A DNA stretch of 64,000 bases. Origin: Acidobacteriota bacterium. Its GTDB lineage: Bacteria > Acidobacteriota > Terriglobia > Acidiferrales > UBA7541. The stretch's first letter is position 1. Each line of letters begins with the position of its first letter. The notes beneath the pieces are model-generated. The model did not search any database, was not told where the DNA came from, and saw nothing but the letters and a program-made list of their open reading frames with translations. Shown one piece after another: positions 1-10,545 of this stretch. Location of the stretch: assembly GCA_003223315.1 (NCBI GenBank), contig QHYR01000253.1:53288-117287 (forward strand). Direction: 5' to 3'. A program made the translations under genes and the position numbers.

Positions 1-407
1 AGGAACTCGGCAAGCGGGCCCTAGCGAACGTGGAGATCGAATCGGCTGGATTCCACCAACTGGAGGGCAGGCGCTCCCCGCAGAACATCATATCTGCGGC
101 GAGCAGAATGGGCATAGATCTGGCACATTCCAGCTCGCGTTGCGTTACAAAACAACAAATCGAACGCGCGGATCTCATCGTTGTCATGGACGCTAACAAC
201 TATGACGATCTGATCCGCAGGTATCCTAAAGCTGCAAATCGAACGCTCCTCTTAGGACTGTTCTTGGAAAGACCGACTATCAATATTCCTGACCCGTACG
301 GGGCCTCTGAAGAAAAAGCCTGGGATGTAGTGAGTCAGATTAATCACGCAATTAATGCGTTCGCGCACCGACTGCGCAAAGAAGTAGCAGACGAATCGCA
401 CGTTTGA
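1..407 (+). CDS. Low-molecular-weight protein-tyrosine phosphatase, 5'-partial (runs off window start)
   Basis: Frame is open from nt 3 to TGA 405-407. Translation ...VEIESAGF...ADLIVVMD...INIPDPYGAS... matches the LMW-PTP core including the DPYG acid loop. The CX5R P-loop must lie upstream of the window. Confidence 0.8.
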   Translation, partial: ELGKRALANVEIESAGFHQLEGRRSPQNIISAASRMGIDLAHSSSRCVTKQQIERADLIVVMDANNYDDLIRRYPKAANRTLLLGLFLERPTINIPDPYGASEEKAWDVVSQINHAINAFAHRLRKEVADESHV

Positions 408-408
408 A

Positions 409-1380
409 GTGGAACGGATACTAAAATCGGCAGCCCGGCGGTTGTTCCACTGCGCCGGAGGACTCCATCTAGTACGGGTAAAGAACCGCAACGCAGCCCG
501 TATTCTCATGTATCATCGGTTCAGCGATCCGACGTCGCTCAAAGCGCAGTGTACTTACCTCAAGCACCACTACGAACTGCTCTCAATGCTAGAACTGTCC
601 GAATGCCTGCGATCTGGGCGGCCGTTTCCTCCTAATGCGGTGGTCATCACAATCGACGATGGCTATCGTGACTTCCTGAAGATCGCATTTCCGATCTTTT
701 CAACGTATAGCATTCGGGTTACTGTCTTTCTGGTTACGGATTTTCTCGACAGGAAGCTGTGGTTGTGGCCGGATGTCGTGAAGTACGCTTTCGGGCATAC
801 GCCTTACACTGCAGCCGAGGTTGACATTCCGAATGGACGGCGCCTTTCGTTGCCCCTTGACTCCTCTACCCTTCGACTCCAGGCGGCCCGAGTGACAATT
901 GAGGAAGCGAAAACGCTGACTAATCAGGACCGATTATTTCTTTTGGAGTGCCTCATGGAGCGGCTACAGGTGAAACTACCTCGGGAAATACCCGAGCACT
1001 GCCAGCCGCTACGCTGGGACGAGGTGCGCAGTTTGGCGCAATCGGGGGTCGAATTCGGGGCTCACACTAAAACACATTCGATTTTATCGAGATTATCGGA
1101 CAACCAAGAGCTGAGCAACGAGATAGTGGGTTCTAAGAAGCGAATCGAAGAGCAGCTCAATGCTCCTGTGTTGCATTTTTGCTATCCAAATGGCCGAGCT
1201 GCGGATATAAGCGACTCTGCGGTTGCAACGGTTCGAGCCGCAGATTTCCGGACTGCCGTCACCACAGAGCACGGTCTGAACCTAAAATCGAGCAACAGAT
1301 TTCTGCTTCGAAGGATAGGCGTGGAGCCGAACCTCCCAGACTTATATTTTCGTCAATGCGTAGCAGGTTTTCGCGTGTGA
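409..1380 (+). CDS. Polysaccharide deacetylase (NodB homology domain), EPS/PEP-CTERM-locus type
   Basis: 323-aa ORF with a GTG start 1 nt after the upstream stop. Motifs ...VVITIDDGYRDF..., ...FGAHTKTHSIL... and ...FCYPNGR... are typical of NodB-type deacetylases. Confidence 0.8.
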   Translation: MERILKSAARRLFHCAGGLHLVRVKNRNAARILMYHRFSDPTSLKAQCTYLKHHYELLSMLELSECLRSGRPFPPNAVVITIDDGYRDFLKIAFPIFSTYSIRVTVFLVTDFLDRKLWLWPDVVKYAFGHTPYTAAEVDIPNGRRLSLPLDSSTLRLQAARVTIEEAKTLTNQDRLFLLECLMERLQVKLPREIPEHCQPLRWDEVRSLAQSGVEFGAHTKTHSILSRLSDNQELSNEIVGSKKRIEEQLNAPVLHFCYPNGRAADISDSAVATVRAADFRTAVTTEHGLNLKSSNRFLLRRIGVEPNLPDLYFRQCVAGFRV

Positions 1381-1397
1381 CTGCTGCATTACTCGCC

Positions 1398-2498
1398 ATG
1401 CTGCCACCCAAGCCAACGATAAGGAAGATTCTTCAGATCGGGAACTACCCGCCGCCGATGTGCGGTTGGGCCGTTCAAACTGTGCTACTGAACAAGGAGC
1501 TACGCCGCCGCGGGCACATTTCCGAAGTGCTTAACGTCAATGAAAGCCGAAAGAAGAAGTCGTCCCAGTACGTCGATGTGCAAAACGGCTTTGACTTCGT
1601 CTGGAAGGTGTTATGGTTTTCGGCGCGTGGATATCATATTCACGCCCATTTGAATGCAGAGTCACTCAAGTTGTATCTGTTAGACCTTATGGCGCTGCTG
1701 TGGGCAAGAGTCATCGGTCACCCGGCGATACTCACCTTTCACGGTGGCATCCCACAAAAGTTTTTTCCCAAACAACGCCCGCGGTGGACACGGTATGCAT
1801 TTCAGCTGATATTTCGCTTAGCTGGTCGAATGACTTGCGATAACGAGGAGATCAAAGAAGCCATCGTCTCCTACGGAATCCAACAGAGGCGAATCGCGGC
1901 TATTCCGTGCTTCTCGGCTGAACTGCTCGAATTTCATTCGAGACCACTACTCGAAGAGGCAGGGGCCTTCCTAGCCTTTCATCATCCTGTATTTCTATGC
2001 TACATATCATTCCGGCCGGAATACCGCCTGCCGGTGTTGCGACGAGCAATGGCACAGTTTCGTGAAAGGTTTTCCGAAGCGGGTTTTATCTGGCTGGGCT
2101 TCCCCGTGAAGGAGATGGCTCCGGCCCACGCTTATATCGAAGATTGGCAGCCGAATGAAAAAAGCGGACTGTTGCTGTTAGGTAATCTGGCACACGACGA
2201 CTTCCTGAGTCTCCTGTCGCGTTGTTACGGTTACTTGCGTACACCAGCCTGTGACGGTGTCAGTGCGTCTGTCCTGGAGTCGCTGGCACTTGGCGTACCA
2301 GTGGTAGCGAGCGAAAATGGGCGTCGTCCGCCAGGGGTAGTCACCTATGCTGAGGACGATTCGGCAGATCTCTGCGATAAGCTCAGTTACGTAGTACGTA
2401 ATTACCTCGAAGTTAAACGGTATACGCGTCTGGAGCTACCTGCCAAGAACACGGAACGGATGGCGGACTGGGTTCTCGGTGAATACAGTTCATGTTAG
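1398..2498 (+). CDS. Glycosyltransferase family 4 (GT-B fold)
   Basis: ORF is 1179-2498, but its first 219 nt overlap the deacetylase gene. In-frame ATG 1398 (MLPPKPTIRKILQIGNYPPP...) is preferred. C-terminal ...ESLALGVPVVASENG... is a GT1/GT4-type motif. Confidence 0.75.
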   Translation: MLPPKPTIRKILQIGNYPPPMCGWAVQTVLLNKELRRRGHISEVLNVNESRKKKSSQYVDVQNGFDFVWKVLWFSARGYHIHAHLNAESLKLYLLDLMALLWARVIGHPAILTFHGGIPQKFFPKQRPRWTRYAFQLIFRLAGRMTCDNEEIKEAIVSYGIQQRRIAAIPCFSAELLEFHSRPLLEEAGAFLAFHHPVFLCYISFRPEYRLPVLRRAMAQFRERFSEAGFIWLGFPVKEMAPAHAYIEDWQPNEKSGLLLLGNLAHDDFLSLLSRCYGYLRTPACDGVSASVLESLALGVPVVASENGRRPPGVVTYAEDDSADLCDKLSYVVRNYLEVKRYTRLELPAKNTERMADWVLGEYSSC

Positions 2499-4852
2499 TT
2501 AGTCTGAACCAGTACAGGGATCGGCTGCGTCATGTAACTTGGGACGAGTGCCGTGTCCGAGTGGGCCAGGAACTTGCCAAGCGCTGGGACGCTCTGCTTT
2601 TCAGCCGACTGCCGCGCACAATTGGTTTTCAGGCCGAAAGCTCCGGCAATTTTTTCTTTTCAGCCGAACAATTAAGTCCGATCGTCACTTTTCTTCGGCA
2701 GCGGATGCCCGAAGCGATAGAAGCGACGATCGTCCAGGCAGAGCGCATTTGCCGACACGAATTCGATCTCTTGGGTTATGAGGGGTTGCACTACGGCCCG
2801 GAGATCGACTGGCACTTGGATGCGGTCAGCGGTAAGAGTGCTCCACGTAAGCTGTGGTTCAAGATCCATTATTTGGATTACTCCGAGGTGGGAGACGTAA
2901 AAGTTACTTGGGAACTCAACCGGCACCAGCACCTGGTGACATTAGCGAAAGCATATTGCTTTACCGGCGATGATCGATATGTTCTGGAATTGATCCGCCA
3001 ATGGTACGCCTGGCAACAGAACAACCCCTACCCAATTGGCGTCAACTGGGCAAGTAGCCTGGAAGTGGCCTTCCGTTCTTTGTCTTGGCTTTGGATTCTT
3101 CATTTGCTGCAGAGGTGCCCACTGGCCACATCCCAGTTCAGATGTGATTTGCAGCGTGGCTTAGCGCTGGGGGGGCGCCACATCGCACGTTATCTTTCAA
3201 CTTACTTCTCACCCAACACGCATCTGCTCGGTGAAGGCGTAGCTCTTTTTTTTCTTGGTGTGTTGTGCAACAGCAAGTCAAGCGCCCAATGGCAACAGCG
3301 GGGGTGGGATATCGTGCTCGCTCAGGCGAAACGTCAGGTGCAGCTCGACGGAATGCACTTCGAGCAATCTACGTACTACCACGTGTACGCTTTGGACCTG
3401 TTTTTGCACGCGCGTATTTTGGCGACCAGGAACCGAATTTACGCTCCGGAGAAATTCGATCGTGTGCTACGGAGCATGCTGGAGGCGCTTTGTTTCATGA
3501 GCCGTGGCGGCATGCCACCATGCTTCGGCGATGACGATGGCGGCCGGCTATTCGACCCTCGTCGCAACAGAGTTGAACAGCTTCTTGATCCGCTCGTTAC
3601 AGGGTCCCTTCTGTTTGGTTGCTCGGACTTCAAAGCTGCCAAACCAGACTTGGTGGAGGAAACGGTTTGGCTGCTCGGCCCTCAAAAGGCACTGGGATTC
3701 GATGCCACGTCCATCTCGGCGCCGCCGCAACTCGAGTCGGTCGCATTCCGCTCAAGCGGACTATACCTGATGATGTTCTCAGGCAAACCGACAGCTCGGT
3801 TAACCATTGATGCGGGACCTCAAGGTGCTGGTGGTGGCGGGCACAGCCATGCCGACGCACTCAGCATTCAAGTCGCAGTTGAGGGCCGGGACGTGCTCGT
3901 AGATCCGGGAACGTTTGTGTATGCCGGCGCTGGTCCTGAACGGCAAGTGTTTCGCGGAACCGCATATCATAATACACTTCAAGTTGACGGTATTGATCAG
4001 GCCGAACCGGCTGGCCCTTTTCCTTGGCGGAGTCTCCCTGATGTCCACGTCGAGAAGTGGACAGCGGGCAGTTCTTTCGACCTTCTCGTCGCAAGGCATC
4101 GCGGGTATGCGCGCTTGCCGGATCCCGTCATACATCGCCGCTACGTATTTGGCCTTAAATCCCACTTTTGGCTTGTACTGGACGAGCCTGAAGGAAAAGG
4201 AAACCACCGTGCCGATGTGCTCTGGCATTTGGCATCGAATCTCCACTGGCGGCTTCAGTTAGGTTCAGCGCTGGCTACTTGGGATGAAGGAGGACTGGCC
4301 CTCCTGTTTGCAGACACTAAAGGTTGGGTTCCTCACATTGAAGAAGGCTGGTACTCTCCGGTTTATGGGAATCGGAAGAGAAGCGAAGTGCTGGTTTTTC
4401 GCCACGAAGGTAAGCTGCAGGAAAGTTTCGCCACGGTTCTGCTACCGCTCGGATCCTCCAGTCACAATCTAGGTATCCTGACGCGCGTTCATCAGAGCTC
4501 ATCAAACAATCGCTTGCGCGTGTACCGATATGACCGCTCGGCAGAATCGCATTTTTTCTTTTTTCCCCTACATCAACCATGGCGGTATCGGGAATTGGGC
4601 AGTGATGGCGAGTTCCTCTACTATTCAATATCCGAGTCTGGCAACAAGAGATTGATCGTCTGTGGGGCAACTTACGTAAAGTTTGCGGGAGAGACGGTAA
4701 TGTCCAGTTCCCGCGCGCTCTCCAGTCTCGAATGGTCGGCGAAAAATGGTGACGCCTCGTTTTCTTGCTCGGATGAAAGCGCAATTTGTTCCACTTCCTG
4801 GCATCACTTGACGAGTCTGGAACGCTTGGAGGCAGAAGTATCGACAGTCTAG
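2492..4852 (+). CDS. Heparinase II/III-like (alginate-lyase-like) family protein
   Basis: 786-aa ORF that overlaps the GT stop by 7 nt. ...NWASSLEVAFRSLSWLW... and ...GGGGHSHADALS... resemble heparinase II/III family signatures. Confidence 0.7.
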   Translation: MLVSLNQYRDRLRHVTWDECRVRVGQELAKRWDALLFSRLPRTIGFQAESSGNFFFSAEQLSPIVTFLRQRMPEAIEATIVQAERICRHEFDLLGYEGLHYGPEIDWHLDAVSGKSAPRKLWFKIHYLDYSEVGDVKVTWELNRHQHLVTLAKAYCFTGDDRYVLELIRQWYAWQQNNPYPIGVNWASSLEVAFRSLSWLWILHLLQRCPLATSQFRCDLQRGLALGGRHIARYLSTYFSPNTHLLGEGVALFFLGVLCNSKSSAQWQQRGWDIVLAQAKRQVQLDGMHFEQSTYYHVYALDLFLHARILATRNRIYAPEKFDRVLRSMLEALCFMSRGGMPPCFGDDDGGRLFDPRRNRVEQLLDPLVTGSLLFGCSDFKAAKPDLVEETVWLLGPQKALGFDATSISAPPQLESVAFRSSGLYLMMFSGKPTARLTIDAGPQGAGGGGHSHADALSIQVAVEGRDVLVDPGTFVYAGAGPERQVFRGTAYHNTLQVDGIDQAEPAGPFPWRSLPDVHVEKWTAGSSFDLLVARHRGYARLPDPVIHRRYVFGLKSHFWLVLDEPEGKGNHRADVLWHLASNLHWRLQLGSALATWDEGGLALLFADTKGWVPHIEEGWYSPVYGNRKRSEVLVFRHEGKLQESFATVLLPLGSSSHNLGILTRVHQSSSNNRLRVYRYDRSAESHFFFFPLHQPWRYRELGSDGEFLYYSISESGNKRLIVCGATYVKFAGETVMSSSRALSSLEWSAKNGDASFSCSDESAICSTSWHHLTSLERLEAEVSTV

Positions 4853-4859
4853 GCTCACT

Positions 4860-6803
4860 ATGTGCGGAATCTGCGGCGTGTTCAATTTTGATAGGAAGCG
4901 TGAGGTCCAGCGTTCATGGCTGGACAGCATGAACCGTCAAATTGTGCACCGCGGTCCGGACGACGATGGATTCTTCGTTTCCGAGAACGTGGGCCTGGCT
5001 ATGCGCCGCTTGAGCATCATTGACCTCGAGACCGGGCATCAGCCGCTCAGCAACGAGGACGGGGCTATCTGGGTAGTGTACAACGGCGAGATCTATAACT
5101 ATAAGGATCTGCGAAGCAAACTGCTGAATCGTGGCCACACCTTTCGCAGCAACACTGATACGGAGGTGATCGTTCACCTCTACGAGGAGTATGGCCGGAA
5201 TTGTGTCGAACACCTGAGGGGCATGTTCGCTTTCGTGGTCTGGGATAAAGGGCGCCGACGCTTGTTCGCCGCCCGGGACCGCCTTGGTATTAAGCCGTTC
5301 TATTATCGCCTTACCGATCGAGAGTTTATTTTTGCCTCAGAGATTAAGTCCTTGCTGGAATTTCCTGGGGTCAAGCACGAACTTAACCGCGCCTCACTTC
5401 CCGAATATCTGGCGTTCGGTTATCTCACGAGTCAAGAGACGCTCTTTAGTGGGATCAACAGCCTTCCGCCGGCACGCTGGCTTGAGCTGGACGAGTCCGG
5501 CAACGCATCGCTACAGGAATATTGGGACTTGCACTTCGAAGTGGAAAGGGAGCACCCCGAAAAGTGCTATGTCGAGACCTACCGTACACTGTTCGAGGAA
5601 TGCGTTGCCTCGCACCTCATGAGCGATGTGCCCGTGGGTGTATTCCTGAGTGGCGGCCTCGACTCCAGTGCGGTAGCTGCCATGACGGCGAAGCACAGTC
5701 GCGAACCGCTCCAGACTTTTTCGGTTGGTTACGATGAATCCTGCTTTTCTGAACTGCCGTATGCACGTGCGGTGGCTGAACATATCGGTTCTCAGCATCA
5801 CCAAGTGGTGGTTCGTTGTGAAGACTTCTTTGCCGCTTTGCCTCGGCTCATCTGGCACGAGGACAAGCCCATCGCCTGGCCCTCAAGTGTTGCTCTGTAC
5901 TCCGTGGCTCGGTTGGCGCGTGAGCATGTCGTCGTGGTGCTAACCGGAGAAGGGAGCGACGAAACCCTAGCTGGTTATTCACGCTATGTCTGGACACTAT
6001 GGAACGCCCGCTTCGATTCTGTGTATCGGTGGGTTCTGCCTCGGTCGCTCCGCTCGTTCGCACACGACTTTATTTCGAACACTGCATTACTGAACGCGGA
6101 CACGCGCCGCAGACTCCAACATACGTTTGTGGGCCGCAACGGCGATTCCTGGAATTCGTTGTATTTGGAGACTTTTCTCTGCGCCTTTGGGCGACGCGAG
6201 CGGGATGAATTGTTGCTCGAAGCGGGAGGCGACTTTTCGCGGGATCCTTACCGCAACTATACTTCTTTTTGGGAATCCAAGTCAGGCGATTTGCTCAGCC
6301 GCATGCTATATGCGGACATCAAAACCTACCTGGTTGAGTTGCTCATGAAGCAGGATCGCATGAGCATGGCAGCTTCTGTGGAAAGTCGCGTACCGTTTCT
6401 GGATCACGTCTTGGTGGAGTTCGCTGCCCGCGTCCCGTCTCGCTACCGAATCCATAGATTAGGGGGAAAGAACATTCTCAGGTCCGCCGTCCGTGATCTA
6501 TTACCGTCCTCCATCATCGACCGCCGTAAGATGGGATTCCCCACGCCATGGTCCGCTTGGCTCTCGGGACCCAAGGCGATATGGATCGAGCAGCTCTTGA
6601 CTGAACCTCGCAGTCGCGCACGAGGGTTGTTCAAGCCGGAAACTGTACGCCAGATCCTGCACGAACACAATGCCGGCCGACGCGACCACACGGACCACCT
6701 CTGGAGGCTGCTGAACCTGGAGTTGTGGCACAGGATATTTGTCGATGCCGATCCTGATTATCTCGTACAAATCGAATCAGTATCTGCTCCTGTGCGGAGC
6801 TGA
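4860..6803 (+). CDS. Asparagine synthase (glutamine-hydrolysing) family amidotransferase, exosortase-locus type
   Basis: N-terminal MCGICGVF (Ntn Cys2), a SGGLDSS PP-loop, and 647 aa. AsnB paralogues are standard members of XrtA/EpsH EPS loci. Confidence 0.9.
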   Translation: MCGICGVFNFDRKREVQRSWLDSMNRQIVHRGPDDDGFFVSENVGLAMRRLSIIDLETGHQPLSNEDGAIWVVYNGEIYNYKDLRSKLLNRGHTFRSNTDTEVIVHLYEEYGRNCVEHLRGMFAFVVWDKGRRRLFAARDRLGIKPFYYRLTDREFIFASEIKSLLEFPGVKHELNRASLPEYLAFGYLTSQETLFSGINSLPPARWLELDESGNASLQEYWDLHFEVEREHPEKCYVETYRTLFEECVASHLMSDVPVGVFLSGGLDSSAVAAMTAKHSREPLQTFSVGYDESCFSELPYARAVAEHIGSQHHQVVVRCEDFFAALPRLIWHEDKPIAWPSSVALYSVARLAREHVVVVLTGEGSDETLAGYSRYVWTLWNARFDSVYRWVLPRSLRSFAHDFISNTALLNADTRRRLQHTFVGRNGDSWNSLYLETFLCAFGRRERDELLLEAGGDFSRDPYRNYTSFWESKSGDLLSRMLYADIKTYLVELLMKQDRMSMAASVESRVPFLDHVLVEFAARVPSRYRIHRLGGKNILRSAVRDLLPSSIIDRRKMGFPTPWSAWLSGPKAIWIEQLLTEPRSRARGLFKPETVRQILHEHNAGRRDHTDHLWRLLNLELWHRIFVDADPDYLVQIESVSAPVRS

Positions 6804-7565
6804 CGAAATAAATATATACCTAGGCTGGTATTAACAGATGAGCACATTTTTTCCATCGATCGAGGTTGGCACAAGCCGGAATTTGGGCGGACCCTGCGGA
6901 CCCCGCCGGCATTGCTGCGGGCTTATTGCGGGTATGGAGCTGCCGGGTGTCTCTCCGGAAGAGGCGGAGCGGCGCTGGAGCAGCCAGTTCCACTTCCGGT
7001 CCCTGACTGCGCAGTTGGCAGGATGGATTCGTCGACTGGCGGCCCAGCGCTCGACAGGCACCCAGTCCACCGGCGCTCGGACATAGCGTTCTCCGCGCAG
7101 CCTCGGCATTCGGAACTTTTTGAGCACTAGCACTATGTGCGAGCGCGGGTGGTTTCCTCCATTCTCACCATCACCCCCTTTCCCCGCTCTCGAACGGCGG
7201 TCGCGTGCGCAACCGCGGGTTGGCGACCGGCCTTGCCCGGGCCGGGGGCAACGGTTCACGTGCTTTTTCCCTGGCAAACGGAGTACCGCAGAAGGACTTC
7301 CAACACGGCGGCATCACCTGCCGTCCGCATAGCTGGGCGGCGAACGTCACGCCTGCGAACTTGGGAGACCGACTCCTTCTGCCGATCGAAGTTAAGAGGG
7401 AATTCCTTCGACACGCTCGGTGAAACAACACGCGCAACAAATCACTGAAGCTCGGCCTGCTGTAGCCAAAAGCACATCAGCCTGCACCAAATTCGCGGAA
7501 GAACCCAAATCAAGTTGTTAAACGCATCGAACTCTTGTGCAGAGCCGAAACAACCCCCAAATGAC

Positions 7566-9551
7566 ATGAAAAGCTGTTCGAAACATAAACGGTTAATAAC
7601 GCTAATAGCCGTAATACTGGTTGTAAGTTGTGCCACCGTCTCTTCTCCTTTGGCCGGTGCCGAGGCTGTTCCGCTTGGTGCGCCCTCTATTACTGCAACG
7701 GTCAAAGGGCCCGATCAAATTGATCTTGTGTGGTCCGCTGTCTCGAATCCGGGCTACGGTTACTTAGTCGAGATCCAGTCGGCCGGTGACAGCCGCTATT
7801 CTTCTTGGACAGGGCTGCAACCCGTCCCAACGGCAGGAGGCTACAGTTGCGACAACACTATCGTTTGGAACGGCGGTTCCTGCAACATTAGCGACCCCTC
7901 GGGCATTCACGTCTACAACCCTCGTAAGCACGGTATTCCCTACTGGGTGACCGATGCTAACTACATCGATCCTCAAGACGGATCGGCGGTTCAATTCATT
8001 GTTTGGGGGCTGAGACCGAATACTACCTACCGCTTCCGTGTCAGAAGCTACTCCGGGGACTCGTCATCTATTTTCGGCGTCTACTCCAACACCACGACTG
8101 CGATGACTGCAAACTATATCTTGCGCTACGTTTCGCCGACCGGCAACGACTCAAATGACGGCACCGGCCCGGAGAATTCCCATGCCTGGCGCACGCTATC
8201 TCACGCCTCCAGTGCCATCCGTTGTGGCCAGGAGCTGATCGTGATGGAAGGCAGCTACGCCAGCGACAACATCAGTATGGGGCAAACCTGTTCCGCGGAA
8301 AAGAAAGCTGTGGTAATGGTCAATCCTGGTGACATAGCGATCATTACTTCTTTGCCCGCCCGGGCTAACCAATCGCTTCTTCTAAGCGGCACTTATATTG
8401 TAATTGACGGCCTCGTTTCGGCAGCATCATCGAGCGAGATAGGAGAATATGCCGGTGTGATCACTGGCAATCACGATGCACTTCTCGATGTGGAATTTCA
8501 CCCCCCGGTCGTTCCGACGTTTGTTGGCGGTCTGATAGTGTACGGCGATCACAACCTTTTGTATCGTTCCTACATACATGACTACGGGAGCCCGGATGCG
8601 ACACAGAACCCGGGCGGAAACAGCGGTTTTGTCCTTGCGGTCTACGGTAGGGGCGCCACGAACAATGTTATTTGGAGCAATCACCTAACACGCGGTGGTC
8701 ACGATGAAAGCCTCTGCAAAGCCGGGTGCAGCTACAACCGTTGGTTGAACAATGTCATGGATGGCGGCTGGGGACAGGGCTGGAACGTCATTTATGGCGA
8801 CAATGCCGTCTCCGAGCACAATTTGGTCGAGGGCAATTTCATATACGATGTCGGCCAGTTGGTGACCTTCTACAAACCTTCCATCCAACTGTCTCAAGGC
8901 AACAACACAGTGAGGCGCAATATAGCCGTGAACGGGAAGAGCTACGCTTTAGAGGAGAGCTATCTATACGGCGGAACGGCGGCCAACAACCTGGTCTACA
9001 ACAACGTCTTCTATGACCATGCGATGTGTTTTTTCCAATCAGCTAACGGCGGACCTTCTGCTTATAACAACGACATCTTTGCCAACAACATCTGCTACAA
9101 ACTGCACGCTAGAGCCACCAATATCTACCTTAACGACACGACCAATCAGATCGGCTACAATGACATGCTGTACGTTGACGCTAACGACAGGCCGCGGCCG
9201 AATCAGGCCATAATTATTTGGAACCACGCTGCCCAAGGTTCTTACCAATATCCACAGACGCTTTCGTATGCAGATAGAAACTATAGCCCCCCCTTTTCCC
9301 ACAACAAAGGTCTGGACGTGAATCCGAAGTTCGTGGACGAAACAAACTTCGATTTCCATCTGACTGTAAATGGCTCGCTCATCGCTGCTGGCATCGATGT
9401 AGCGGACGCTCAGTGGGGTCCAACGGATGGAACAGTCGGTCTGGGAGCTTTTGGGATCAATGTGTCTCAGCACCGCTCCTCCTCGCCTAGCCCGGCAGGA
9501 AGCGGATACTCCCAAACTCGTCGCTACCAAACGGGGACGATTTCACATTGA
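7566..9551 (+). CDS. Secreted FN3 + right-handed beta-helix repeat protein (putative polysaccharide lyase/hydrolase)
   Basis: ORF is 7515-9551. The second ATG at 7566 gives a signal peptide, MKSCSKHKRLITLIAVILVVSCATVSSPLAGAEA. An FN3-like segment (...DLVWSAVSNPGYGYLVEIQS...YRFRVRSYSG...) is followed by Asn/Gly-rich beta-helix-like turns. Confidence 0.55.
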   Translation: MKSCSKHKRLITLIAVILVVSCATVSSPLAGAEAVPLGAPSITATVKGPDQIDLVWSAVSNPGYGYLVEIQSAGDSRYSSWTGLQPVPTAGGYSCDNTIVWNGGSCNISDPSGIHVYNPRKHGIPYWVTDANYIDPQDGSAVQFIVWGLRPNTTYRFRVRSYSGDSSSIFGVYSNTTTAMTANYILRYVSPTGNDSNDGTGPENSHAWRTLSHASSAIRCGQELIVMEGSYASDNISMGQTCSAEKKAVVMVNPGDIAIITSLPARANQSLLLSGTYIVIDGLVSAASSSEIGEYAGVITGNHDALLDVEFHPPVVPTFVGGLIVYGDHNLLYRSYIHDYGSPDATQNPGGNSGFVLAVYGRGATNNVIWSNHLTRGGHDESLCKAGCSYNRWLNNVMDGGWGQGWNVIYGDNAVSEHNLVEGNFIYDVGQLVTFYKPSIQLSQGNNTVRRNIAVNGKSYALEESYLYGGTAANNLVYNNVFYDHAMCFFQSANGGPSAYNNDIFANNICYKLHARATNIYLNDTTNQIGYNDMLYVDANDRPRPNQAIIIWNHAAQGSYQYPQTLSYADRNYSPPFSHNKGLDVNPKFVDETNFDFHLTVNGSLIAAGIDVADAQWGPTDGTVGLGAFGINVSQHRSSSPSPAGSGYSQTRRYQTGTISH

Positions 9552-9655
9552 AGCGGTTGGCGGAGTGCTGGCATTCTCCGAGCGGAGCGCTAGCGACACA
9601 CCGACCTGTGAGGTACAGCGGGTCATATCCATCCAAGTAACTGAACGAGAGCATC

Positions 9656-10288
9656 TTGTTGCAAAACACGATAGCAGGACGGTTGGTTCGTGGTCTCAGT
9701 GCAGCCCTGGCGAGCTTGGGTGCGCTGCTCCTGATCGTGACGGTTACTCCGCTAGTTTCCTGGTGTGCAAGAACATTAGCAGGTCCCTGGGACGACCCGC
9801 GTGGAGAAGTTCTAATAGTATTGGCGGGCTCTTCGACGAACGACGGAGTTATTGGAGGGAGTTCATACTGGCGCAGCGCCTACGCGGTGTTCGCCTATCA
9901 CGAAGGTGGAGTTCGGCAGATCATCGTCACCGGCGGTAGTAACACACCGACTCCGACGGCAGTTTCCATGGGCACGTTTCTGGAGTGTGAAGGCGTCCCC
10001 GCCAGAGTTATTTCTCTGGAAACTCGATCGACGAGCACACGGGAAAACGCACTCTACACGCAGCCTCTTCTGTCCGCTGGTATCGGTCGCCCGGTTCTTC
10101 TGACAAGCGACTTCCACATGTTTCGGGCGCGACGCGTGTTCCAAAGACTGGGAATCAACGTATCGCCGAGGCCAATTCCGGACGTGGCTAAGCGTGCCTC
10201 AACGTGGACAGGGCGTTGGCCCGCTTTCCTGGATCTGATTTCGGAGGGCGTAAAAATCGTGTACTACTCCGCGCGCGGCTGGATTTGA
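9656..10288 (+). CDS. YdcF/ElyC-like DUF218 family protein
   Basis: TTG start and an N-terminal TM segment. ...VLIVLAGS..., ...IIVTGG...STSTRENALYT... and ...LLTSDFHMFRARRVF are DUF218 hallmarks. Confidence 0.75.
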   Translation: MLQNTIAGRLVRGLSAALASLGALLLIVTVTPLVSWCARTLAGPWDDPRGEVLIVLAGSSTNDGVIGGSSYWRSAYAVFAYHEGGVRQIIVTGGSNTPTPTAVSMGTFLECEGVPARVISLETRSTSTRENALYTQPLLSAGIGRPVLLTSDFHMFRARRVFQRLGINVSPRPIPDVAKRASTWTGRWPAFLDLISEGVKIVYYSARGWI

Positions 10289-10545
10289 GATCGCCGAAGC
10301 ATTAGTCCAATCGTCCATTAAAGCCCTTGACCTGACCAGTGTTCCTCTCAGGTGGATTCTCTCACTCTCCCTGGTCCAAAAACTCGGTCTGGTCCCTTAA
10401 TGGAGCGCGGATGGGAAGATGGGAAGATTACATCTTTCGACCATTGGGAAAAGAGGTCTAACGAACAATAGGCGACATTAGAAAAACATCGTTAACAAAC
10501 AGAAGTCTTACCACCGGAGTCCCGGAGCACGCCCTGCTCCTACTG

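Noticed and set aside
1179-1397. N-terminal extension of the glycosyltransferase ORF.
   Set aside because: It overlaps the 3' end of the deacetylase gene by about 200 nt and translates to Arg/Cys-rich low-complexity sequence. ATG 1398 gives a normal GT4 N-terminus.
10411-10428. Short tandem repeat GATGGGAA GATGGGAA.
   Set aside because: Only two units of 8 nt lie in non-coding DNA, which is too short to interpret.
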